A stretch of DNA of 64,000 bases from the NCBI GenBank assembly GCA_050294405.1, contig JBNKOC010000028.1, positions 453,354 through 517,353 of the forward strand, given 5' to 3'. Origin of the DNA: Fibrobacteria bacterium (GTDB taxonomy: Bacteria > Fibrobacterota > Fibrobacteria > UBA11236 > JADFYW01). Made by a program: the position numbers and the translations under genes. Positions 1 to 8,432 of this stretch are shown here, one piece after another. Numbering within the stretch: the stretch's first letter is position 1; the number at the start of each line of letters is the position of its first letter. The notes under the pieces are model-generated. The model was given only the letters and a program-made list of their open reading frames with translations, had not been told where the DNA came from and did not search any database.

Positions 1-1
1 T

Positions 2-1030
2 AGCATTGAAGATACAGGAATAGGAATATCAAAAGATAAGATTGAAAGTATTTTTGAAAGCTTTACTCAGGAAGATTCAAGCACATCCCAAAATTTTGGA
101 GGGACTGGCCTTGGTCTTTCCATATGCTCCAAATTAGTGGATTTATGGAAAGGAAAAATTTGGGCCGAAAGTGAAAAGGGAAAGGGTAGCCGTTTTAAAT
201 TTACTCTTCCTTTTGAACTATCGGAGCCTTCAGAGAATGGAAAAGTTAGCGCCAGCAAAAAATCAGAGCTGTCTGTTGGGAAGAAAGATTTTGAGGATAA
301 GTACAGTAGTGAAAAACCCCTAAGGGTGCTGGTGGTGGATGATTCGGTAGATAACCGTTTTTTGTTAAATGCATTCTTAAAGTCTCCATCCTTTCATGTA
401 TATAATGCGGAAAATGGGGAAAAGGCCATTGAATGCTGGAAGGAAGAACCGGTAGACATTATTCTATTGGACATGCAAATGCCGATTATGGATGGTTATG
501 AATGCGCCGGCAAATTAAGAGAATTGGAAAAGGATTTAAAAAAAGGGGCTGTGCCCATTATCGCCTTAACGGCCTTTTCTCAAAAGGAAGATAGAGACAA
601 ATGTATAGGAGCCGGATGTTCTGACTATTTAAGCAAGCCCGTGGAAAAACCCAAGTTGTTTGCCATGATGGGAAAGTGGCTAAATGTTAAAGCTGGAAAG
701 AAGCCCGTTCAAAAAATGGAAATTCAATCGGGAAATAAAATTGTATTAAGCATAGATGAAAACCTGAAGGAACTGATTCCCGATTATTTGGATAGAAAGA
801 GCCTGGAAGTGGATTCTATTTTTGAATTGCTCTCGAAAATGGATGGGGAGGGAATAGCCCGCATTGGCCACAATATGTTAGGAACGGGTTCTCCATATGG
901 GTTTAATGAAATATCCCGGCTGGGAAAAATTATTGAACTGAGCGCTAAGGAACAAAAATGGGATGTGATTCACACCATGGCAACGGAGCTTAAACAATAT
1001 TTGCAAAATATTGAATTGACTTATAAATAA
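2..1030 (+). CDS. Hybrid sensor histidine kinase, C-terminal part (HATPase_c - receiver - HPt); truncated by the window start
   Basis: Frame is open from base 2 (SIEDTGIGI...FGGTGLGLSIC G1/G2 boxes). Receiver VLVVDD...LDMQMPIMDG...KP; HPt-like RIGHNMLGTGSPYGF. Confidence 0.9.
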   Translation, partial: SIEDTGIGISKDKIESIFESFTQEDSSTSQNFGGTGLGLSICSKLVDLWKGKIWAESEKGKGSRFKFTLPFELSEPSENGKVSASKKSELSVGKKDFEDKYSSEKPLRVLVVDDSVDNRFLLNAFLKSPSFHVYNAENGEKAIECWKEEPVDIILLDMQMPIMDGYECAGKLRELEKDLKKGAVPIIALTAFSQKEDRDKCIGAGCSDYLSKPVEKPKLFAMMGKWLNVKAGKKPVQKMEIQSGNKIVLSIDENLKELIPDYLDRKSLEVDSIFELLSKMDGEGIARIGHNMLGTGSPYGFNEISRLGKIIELSAKEQKWDVIHTMATELKQYLQNIELTYK

Positions 1031-1031
1031 G

Positions 1032-2108
1032 ATGATGCAGTTATCAAATATTAAAAAATATTTATTAGCATTATTATTTATAGTGGTTCAATCCCAGGGA
1101 ATTGACTTAGATAAAATTTCCCTAAATGGATTTACTTCCGTAAAAATAACCAAGCAATTGGATGAAATTGGTTATGGAGACCCTAACTATTCCTTTGATG
1201 CTGAACTTTTTGACTTGCTTGCTAATTTTCAAATTAGTGACCATATGAGAGTCACAGCGGATGTATCCTGGAATAACGGGGCAGAAAATAAATATGGTAG
1301 CGCTAACCTTGAATATGCCTTTATAGAGCACACCTTTTTAGATGAAATCAAATTTCGCATTGGAAAAATATTAACGCCATTCGGTGTGTTTAATGAAATG
1401 CGTCTGGCCAAGCCGGCCTATTATTCTGTTGATATTCCCCTTAGCACCTCTGAGCCCATGCGGCTAAAGACCAATGGTTTTTCTTTTTTTCCAGCTTCGG
1501 GCATAGGAGCTTCGCTTACCGGCGAAACTACCTATGATTATTCCAAACACATTGAATACAATTTGTTTTTTTCCAATGGAATTCAGGACTCCGCCACGAA
1601 CCCATATGAAAAGGATGGAAATAAATCAAAGTCCATAACAGGTCGTTTTAAATTTGATGTTCTCCAGAATTTGAAATTAGGCAAGTCGGTTTTTATCGAT
1701 AATGTGGCTGATGGAAAAAATCTTTTGATTTTTAGCGATGGGTATGAAGCTGAATATGTATGGGATAGATTTTCTATTTTGGGCGAGGGCATTATTTCGA
1801 CCCTATTTTCCAAGGATTCCACAGGCAATAAACAAAATATCCAGCAGCGAGGGGCTTATATGCAAGCCTCTTACAATTTCAATATGGGGATGACCCCTTA
1901 TTTGAGAGTGGAAGTTTTTGATCCGAATTCAAGAACTAAGGAAGATTACACATGGGTGTTATTAACCGGCCTGCATTATGAGTTTTCCAATTGGTATGTA
2001 TTTAAGCTAAGTGCGGCCTACCACCATTATGCCAAAAATAGCCATTACCCTCTGTTACGTGGAGCTGGTTACACAGAAATTCAAAGTTCTCTGGTATTGG
2101 GATTTTAA
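1032..2108 (+). CDS. Outer-membrane beta-barrel porin-like protein
   Basis: Signal peptide, LEYAFIE and FRIGKILTPFG porin-type motifs, alternating aromatic strands, C-terminal Phe. Confidence 0.7.
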   Translation: MMQLSNIKKYLLALLFIVVQSQGIDLDKISLNGFTSVKITKQLDEIGYGDPNYSFDAELFDLLANFQISDHMRVTADVSWNNGAENKYGSANLEYAFIEHTFLDEIKFRIGKILTPFGVFNEMRLAKPAYYSVDIPLSTSEPMRLKTNGFSFFPASGIGASLTGETTYDYSKHIEYNLFFSNGIQDSATNPYEKDGNKSKSITGRFKFDVLQNLKLGKSVFIDNVADGKNLLIFSDGYEAEYVWDRFSILGEGIISTLFSKDSTGNKQNIQQRGAYMQASYNFNMGMTPYLRVEVFDPNSRTKEDYTWVLLTGLHYEFSNWYVFKLSAAYHHYAKNSHYPLLRGAGYTEIQSSLVLGF

Positions 2109-2560
2109 TGAAAAAGTGGTTGCTATTATGTGTGTTATTAGGGGCTATGTTAGCTTCTAACAGCCTATATGCAAAAGACAACCCTGTTCAATTATATGTT
2201 GCCATTAATGAAGATAATGAAATTGAAGCCGTTACCCAATATGACTTGGCGAATATATTCCTGGGAAAACAAACTCTATGGGATGGAGATATAAAAATTT
2301 ATCCGGCCATGTTAAATGAAGCGGATAATTCCATGGAATATTTTATTGAAACCGTATTAAACAAATCAGTTACCCAATATCGCTCGTATTGGAAAAGAAG
2401 GCTTTTTTCAGGCGGGGGAGTGGTTCCCAAAACTTTTAAAAGGCAAAAAGATATTTTGCGATATGTGGCCAAAAATGAAGGGGCAATTGGAATAACGGAT
2501 AAAAAAATAGAATGGGATGGTATTAAATACATTCCCTTAAAAATGGTGGTTAAAAAATAG
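2108..2560 (+). CDS. Small periplasmic substrate-binding-like protein (phosphate-binding-fold family often paired with porins)
   Basis: Signal peptide; LANIFLGKQTLW and YWKRRLFSG...YVAKNEGAIG motifs. Confidence 0.65.
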   Translation: MKKWLLLCVLLGAMLASNSLYAKDNPVQLYVAINEDNEIEAVTQYDLANIFLGKQTLWDGDIKIYPAMLNEADNSMEYFIETVLNKSVTQYRSYWKRRLFSGGGVVPKTFKRQKDILRYVAKNEGAIGITDKKIEWDGIKYIPLKMVVKK

Positions 2561-2561
2561 C

Positions 2562-4472
2562 ATGAATTTAAAAGGAAAATTTTATTCCCTTAAGATGAAA
2601 TTTATCATCTTGCTGGTTTCCTTTGTAGGCTCTTTTGTGGCCATTATTTTCATGCATCTTTTTACTTCAGGAAATTTGAAATTTGAGTTAAACCAAGTGG
2701 AAGCTTTGGATTTTCCTCAATTTGTGGCCGCGTCGAATCTGGAGCAACATTTTAATGAGTTAACCCGATCTTTTGAGGATGCGGTGTTGGTGGGGGAAAA
2801 TGTATTGCTGGAGAGGGCCCAGGAAGAAAAGGAGATTTTTGATAAAAGTTTAATTCAGTTAGTAGAAATATCTCCTTCCAGCGAACGTTTCGAATTCGAA
2901 ATATTAAGAGAACTGTTTATGCGCTATTTTGAAAATGCCAGTAAGTTGGCAGAGCTGCTTATTGAAAACAAAGCCTCTGATCTTTCTGGTTTATCCAGCG
3001 CTAATATATCCGAAAAATCTGAAATTGTTTCTTCTCTTAAAGAAAAAATATCCGTTGCAATACGAGATATTAATGCAAGAGCCAGAGAAAAAATTTCCAA
3101 TTCCTTTGGAAGGTTTAAATACAATGTCAATGTTCAAGTTTTGCGGTTTTTGGTTATAGGGGTTTTTTCCACAATTTTTATCAGTATTTTTCTGATATAC
3201 CTAACAAAAAAAATTGTCTCTCCTATCCGCATATTATCCAAAATGACTTCTGAAGTAGCCAGAGGCAATTTAAACTACGATATCAAATTTAAAAACCTGT
3301 CCAACGATGAAGTGGGAAAGTTAGCCAACTCCTTTGAAAAAATGAGAGTTGGGCTTAAGGAGACAACTGTCAGCAAAGATTATGTGGATAATATAATCCA
3401 ATCCATGGCGGACGCTCTAATAGTTCTGGACAATGAATTTAAAATTGTCACAGTAAACGATGCCACCCTCAGGCGATTGCAATTTAGCGAACAGGAACTT
3501 TTGCAAAACTCTATGGATGTTATTGTCCATGGGAAAGATTTTATTAAATGGTGTGGGGAACAAAATTTATTTAAAAAAGGATTGGTGAGCGAAAAAGAAA
3601 AATACCTGGTTACTAAATCCGGAAAAGAAATACCTGTTTTGTTTTCGGCTTCGGTATTAAAAGACTCTAAGGGTGAAAACCAGGGCATGGTTTGTTTAGC
3701 TCAGGATATTACCGCTTTAAAAGAGGCCGAGGCCGAGTTGGCTAAACGGGCGGAAGAATTGTCCAGAAGCAATGAAGATTTGGAACAGTTTGCTTATGTG
3801 GCTTCTCATGATTTGCAAGAGCCTTTGCGAATGGTAACTAGCTACTTGCAACTGCTAAAAAAGCGCTACCAAGGAAAGCTTGGAGAGGACGCGGAAGAGT
3901 TTATCCATTACGCCGTAGATGGGGCGGTCCGTATGAAGGGGCTTATCAATGATCTTTTGGCATTTAGCAGGGTTGGACGCGGTAAAGATGATTTGGTAGA
4001 AGTTAATTTAAATGATGTTATGAGCGAGGTCAAATCACTGTTGGCAAGTTCTTTGGAAGAAAAAAAAGGAACACTTGTCTATTCTACCCTCCCCAACCTG
4101 CTTTCAGATAAACGCATGATGATTCAGTTGTTTCAAAACATTGTTAGCAATGGCCTGAAATATTGCGACAAAGAAAACCCAAGAGTTGAGATATTGGCGC
4201 GATCCAAGGAAGATTGGGTTACCATAACAATAAAGGATAATGGAATAGGCATGGAACAAAAGTACCTGGAAAAAATATTTGTCATATTCCAAAGATTGCA
4301 TACAAAACAGGAATATCCGGGAACGGGCATTGGTCTTGCCATTTGCAAAAAAATTGTGGAGCGCCATGGAGGTAAAATTTGGGTAGAATCTGAATTAGGG
4401 GGAGGTTCTGCTTTTCACTTTGAATTGCCTTTGTATAATTCGGAAAATAAAAAGGAAGGCGAAAATGCATAA
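2562..4472 (+). CDS. Membrane sensor histidine kinase (2 TM - HAMP - PAS - HisKA - HATPase_c)
   Basis: Two hydrophobic segments, HAMP (DEVGKLANSF), PAS/PAC, H-box FAYVASHDLQEPLR, GTGIGLAIC. Confidence 0.92.
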   Translation: MNLKGKFYSLKMKFIILLVSFVGSFVAIIFMHLFTSGNLKFELNQVEALDFPQFVAASNLEQHFNELTRSFEDAVLVGENVLLERAQEEKEIFDKSLIQLVEISPSSERFEFEILRELFMRYFENASKLAELLIENKASDLSGLSSANISEKSEIVSSLKEKISVAIRDINARAREKISNSFGRFKYNVNVQVLRFLVIGVFSTIFISIFLIYLTKKIVSPIRILSKMTSEVARGNLNYDIKFKNLSNDEVGKLANSFEKMRVGLKETTVSKDYVDNIIQSMADALIVLDNEFKIVTVNDATLRRLQFSEQELLQNSMDVIVHGKDFIKWCGEQNLFKKGLVSEKEKYLVTKSGKEIPVLFSASVLKDSKGENQGMVCLAQDITALKEAEAELAKRAEELSRSNEDLEQFAYVASHDLQEPLRMVTSYLQLLKKRYQGKLGEDAEEFIHYAVDGAVRMKGLINDLLAFSRVGRGKDDLVEVNLNDVMSEVKSLLASSLEEKKGTLVYSTLPNLLSDKRMMIQLFQNIVSNGLKYCDKENPRVEILARSKEDWVTITIKDNGIGMEQKYLEKIFVIFQRLHTKQEYPGTGIGLAICKKIVERHGGKIWVESELGGGSAFHFELPLYNSENKKEGENA

Positions 4473-4484
4473 AGGAGAAAAAAG

Positions 4485-4910
4485 ATTTTAACTAAAATCA
4501 ATATTTTGCTGGTGGAGGATAATGCGGGTGATATCCGTTTAACTCAGGAAGCTTTGAAGGAGATTATTCCCAAAGCTGCTATCGAGATATGTAAAGACGG
4601 AAAAGAAGCGTTTGAATATTTAAACTCCAATTTAAAAACGGGCAATTTACCCCAGTTGATTTTACTGGATTTAAATCTTCCTAGAATGGGAGGGTTGGAA
4701 TTATTGGAGTTGTTGAAAAGCCATGGAGATTTGAGGAGGATTCCCATAGTTATTTTAACCACTTCCACGCACGAACAGGATATTAAAACCAGTTACGATT
4801 TACATGCCAATTGTTATTTAACTAAGCCTATTGAACTGGACCATTTCTTAAAGGTTGTGGAGTCTTTAAATAATTTTTGGTTTAACAATGTTACTTTTCC
4901 CCCTACATAA
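4485..4910 (+). CDS. Single-domain response regulator (Rcp1-like); start codon uncertain (ATT 4485 or TTG 4506)
   Basis: ILLVEDN, LLDLNLP, LTTS, ANCYLTKP and FWF tail; AAGGAG at 4472-4477. Confidence 0.85.
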   Translation: MLTKINILLVEDNAGDIRLTQEALKEIIPKAAIEICKDGKEAFEYLNSNLKTGNLPQLILLDLNLPRMGGLELLELLKSHGDLRRIPIVILTTSTHEQDIKTSYDLHANCYLTKPIELDHFLKVVESLNNFWFNNVTFPPT

Positions 4911-4913
4911 AAT

Positions 4914-6050
4914 ATGTTTCAGTCAAGTGTCCATTTACTAATTATAGACGATAATCCAGGGGATGTGTTATTGGTTCGCGAGTATTTGAGCGATGCTCCT
5001 CAGGAATTTCATTTGTATACGGCTGGAACTCTGGCAGAGGGGTTGGAAATGGCCCGAAAATCTCCAGTACATATTATTTTGCTGGATTTATCTCTGCCTG
5101 ACAGCCACGGTATGGAAAGTTTTGATAAGCTATCCCACGAAGTGCACGGTATACCCATAATTATTTTAACGGGAATATCCGATCAACAAATAGCCCTTCA
5201 GGCTGTTCGGCGGGGCGCACAAGATTATTTAATGAAAGACGATTTGTCTTCGGGGCTTTTGTCGCGGTCCATACGTTATTCATTAGAGCGTTTTATGGCT
5301 GATGAAAAACGACGCTGGCTTGAGACAAAAATGCTTTATTCTCAAAAGTTAGAATCCCTGAGCGTACTAAGCGGAAGCGTAGCCCAAAACTTTAACAGTC
5401 TGCTAAAAGCCATTATTGGGAATGCCGATGTGGCTATGAAAAAAGTAAAGCCGGAAGATTCGGTTTTCAGAAATCTCGAAATTATAAAAAATTCAGCTAC
5501 AGAAGCATCTGATTTATCCAGACAGATGTTAGTGTATTCGGATATGGGTAGAATTGGGATAAATAAAATAAACATTTCCCAGCTCATTGACGAATTAAAA
5601 CCTTTGATTTCGTCCACAGTAAATGGCTACGCCAATTTAAGTTATCGATTGGCGGAAGACTTACCAAGTCTCAAAGCAGATGTATCTCAATTAAAACAGA
5701 TGATTTTAAACATTGTGACTAATGCAGCCGAAGCTATGGGTAATAAAAAAGGCAATATTTTAATATCCACTTATTTGGAAAATCAAAATGCGGCGGCAAA
5801 AGACTATAAGCTTCCTCTATTTTCCGAAAAACATTTAGTTCTTTCCATTGAGGATAATGGAGTGGGAATAAACAAAGAAGCCCTGTCTAAAATAACGGAG
5901 CCGTTTTACACTACTAAATATTCCGGTCGGGGTCTTGGCATGGCGGCAGCCAAAGGAGTAGCCACAGGCCATGGAGGGGATATTCGAATTGTAAGCGAAG
6001 AAGGGGTTGGGACAACCGTCCATGTTATTTTGCCCGTGACAGAAGTATAA
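4914..6050 (+). CDS. Receiver - HisKA-like - HATPase_c protein; phosphoacceptor His replaced by Gln
   Basis: Receiver IIDD/LLDLSLPD; H-box reads SVAQNFNSLL; intact N, G1, F and G2 boxes. Confidence 0.85.
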   Translation: MFQSSVHLLIIDDNPGDVLLVREYLSDAPQEFHLYTAGTLAEGLEMARKSPVHIILLDLSLPDSHGMESFDKLSHEVHGIPIIILTGISDQQIALQAVRRGAQDYLMKDDLSSGLLSRSIRYSLERFMADEKRRWLETKMLYSQKLESLSVLSGSVAQNFNSLLKAIIGNADVAMKKVKPEDSVFRNLEIIKNSATEASDLSRQMLVYSDMGRIGINKINISQLIDELKPLISSTVNGYANLSYRLAEDLPSLKADVSQLKQMILNIVTNAAEAMGNKKGNILISTYLENQNAAAKDYKLPLFSEKHLVLSIEDNGVGINKEALSKITEPFYTTKYSGRGLGMAAAKGVATGHGGDIRIVSEEGVGTTVHVILPVTEV

Positions 6051-6059
6051 ACTCCACAA

Positions 6060-7736
6060 TTAGGAAACTAATAACTTCAAAAAGGCATCTATTTCTTTGC
6101 GGGTTGTTTTTGGGTTTAAAAAAACAGCTTTTTCTCCGGGGATTCCCAAAAATTGATTTTTGGAATCATAACTGGAATGGGCAATGCTCTCCACCCAATT
6201 TGTAAAGAGAGCTTTTTTACCCCTCTTTTTAAAAATGCCATGGTGGTAGTTTGTATTTCTTCTGAGCCGGTTTCTGTATTCCTTGGTGTCTTTTTTTATG
6301 TATTCATAATGGAATTCCAAATTGGCGCTGCTTACATATTTTGGATTGTAAATTCTAAATCCCACACTTGGCCCCTGATTTTCGGAACTCAGTACTTTAA
6401 CATGTTTTAATCGGCCTAATTTTGAACGGAAATAATTTGCGTTTTGCAAGCAATGTGCAATAATGGTTTGGTATCCCCGGCTGCCTAAATAATATAAAGA
6501 GGCAAATGCGCCATAGACTCCAACCGCGCTTCTGGAACATTCAATAGTGCTTTGAAGATGGGTGTGCCCTTGCGTTTCCCGGTCAAAATAGCCGAAATTA
6601 TCCGGGTCATTTTCCATGGCTCTTAAATCGTTTCTGTTTTTTACCATAACCAGGCTTGAGGTATAAGGGACATAGCCCCATTTTTGAAAGTCAACAGTAA
6701 AGGAGTCAGCATATTTAAGTTCTTTAAACTTGAGGCGCAATTTTTTAAGACCTTCCAGGGTGGCTTGATTTATTCCTAATGGGTTTTTAGTGAAGTTATA
6801 GTCCAGAAAAAACAACATATTCCAGCCCACAGCCGAGTCCACGTGAATATGTGGCTTGATTTTAATATCATACTTTTCACACAAACGGTTTCTGATATCG
6901 TATATGGGCTTCACCCTATCAACGCCAAATGTATCTGTTGTTCCCATGGTTAACATAATGGAAGGCACAATACATTTTAACCTAAAACAGGATTCTAACT
7001 GAAATTCAAAATCCTTAACATCCATGTCATTTGTTTCGCTAACCTTGATACGGATGGTTTTTTCCTTAATGTTGACTCCTAGTAAAGACAGGTTGATTGT
7101 ATTGGAATAGTGACCGCCCTGGCTATTTATGATGCGGTAATCGTGGATGTATCCCATGCCAAAGTGTTTGGCTTCGGGTAAGGATTTTCTAATACCGAAT
7201 AAATAGCCATACAAGTTGCAAAAGGTACCTCCTTGGGTAAAAATCCCGGTGGCTGCTTTTGGATTGTATCCGGCAAGTTTAGCCATTATTTCTATAACAT
7301 GGTTTTCCAAGTCCACAGTCATGCCCGAGTATTCTCTATGCACTAAATTGGCATTGGCTAATATCCCCAGCAAACTACCATAAATTGCCGGATCGGAGGG
7401 AAGGCTTACCACATTTTCCACAGCTGAAGGGTTTTCCCAATTTTTGGAATATATGGCAGCTCCTTTTAATAATTTGTTTCCAACTCCCCATAATTTTTCT
7501 CCACTGAGGTGAAGGTTGGTTTTGTGTTTAAAATGATTTAACAGCTTTTTGGTGTGGCTGTCTTCCACTAATTCTCCGTGGTGTTTTTTTCGGTTATTAC
7601 GCGCTTGCACTACCTCTGAAATATCAGAGTTTCCAAAAATAGGCCAAAAACGAGGGTTCCGGGAAAAGCACTGTTCAATGATCTTTTCATAGTGGAATAC
7701 AAATTTTTGGGAGAGAAGGTTCTTTTGCTGGGACAT
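6060..7736 (-). CDS. PLP-dependent group II amino-acid decarboxylase
   Basis: GIFTQGGTFCNLYG, GTTDTFGVD, HVDSAVG and ADSFTVDFQKW (PLP lysine). Confidence 0.85.
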   Translation of the reverse strand: MSQQKNLLSQKFVFHYEKIIEQCFSRNPRFWPIFGNSDISEVVQARNNRKKHHGELVEDSHTKKLLNHFKHKTNLHLSGEKLWGVGNKLLKGAAIYSKNWENPSAVENVVSLPSDPAIYGSLLGILANANLVHREYSGMTVDLENHVIEIMAKLAGYNPKAATGIFTQGGTFCNLYGYLFGIRKSLPEAKHFGMGYIHDYRIINSQGGHYSNTINLSLLGVNIKEKTIRIKVSETNDMDVKDFEFQLESCFRLKCIVPSIMLTMGTTDTFGVDRVKPIYDIRNRLCEKYDIKIKPHIHVDSAVGWNMLFFLDYNFTKNPLGINQATLEGLKKLRLKFKELKYADSFTVDFQKWGYVPYTSSLVMVKNRNDLRAMENDPDNFGYFDRETQGHTHLQSTIECSRSAVGVYGAFASLYYLGSRGYQTIIAHCLQNANYFRSKLGRLKHVKVLSSENQGPSVGFRIYNPKYVSSANLEFHYEYIKKDTKEYRNRLRRNTNYHHGIFKKRGKKALFTNWVESIAHSSYDSKNQFLGIPGEKAVFLNPKTTRKEIDAFLKLLVS

Positions 7737-7822
7737 AATTGGCTATATTTAAAAGTTTTTAGTTATGAAATAAACCTAATAGGGACTAAAAGCAAATCTA
7801 TTTCTTTTTAAAGTGAAATTTT

Positions 7823-8431
7823 ATGAAGCAACTATTCGCAATAATATTTTTTTTTACCACGTTGGGTTTTGGAGTAGAAGTCGGGTTGAATCCCGATTAC
7901 AGCCTCGATAAAGAAAAAATAAAAAAGATTTATTTTGATGGAGACTTTGAACAGGTTCAAAAAACTCTGGAAGAATTCAGGCAGCATAATAGCGCTCCCT
8001 CAAATGAAGATCTTGTTTTTGTGTATAAATTTTTATCCGTAGTGTACGCCGCCGATTCAAAAAGCCGGGATAAAGCCGAAAGTTATATGTATCAGCTTTT
8101 GAAACTAACTCCAACCGTTAACTTAATTGATATGTTTGTTTCGGAAAATATCGAACTCATTTTCAAAAATGTGAAGTCTAAGTATGAACAGGAAAGCGAA
8201 TACCACGAACAGCTAAGTACAGGTAAAAGTAAAAACGGAAAAAAAACAGGCATTGAAAAACAACAACCTTTGAATCCCAAACCAGCTGACAGTTCTCAAC
8301 CGAAGAAAAAATCAAAGGCATGGGTCTATTGGGCTGCCGGTGGCGGAGTCCTTGCTGCCACAGTGGTAGGCTTTTTGGTTTTAAGCCCAGACGAAAACAA
8401 ATCCTCGGATGAAAAAGTGGGGGAATTCTAG
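7823..8431 (+). CDS. Exported hypothetical protein with a TPR-like helical region and C-terminal hydrophobic anchor
   Basis: Signal peptide; WVYWAAGGGVLAATVVGFLVL near the C-terminus. Confidence 0.6.
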   Translation: MKQLFAIIFFFTTLGFGVEVGLNPDYSLDKEKIKKIYFDGDFEQVQKTLEEFRQHNSAPSNEDLVFVYKFLSVVYAADSKSRDKAESYMYQLLKLTPTVNLIDMFVSENIELIFKNVKSKYEQESEYHEQLSTGKSKNGKKTGIEKQQPLNPKPADSSQPKKKSKAWVYWAAGGGVLAATVVGFLVLSPDENKSSDEKVGEF

Positions 8432-8432
8432 C

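Noticed and set aside
4478..4484. Programmed -1 frameshift at AAAAAAG
   Set aside because: The heptamer is phased in the destination frame, not in the frame of ATG 4465, so tandem slippage would not join them.
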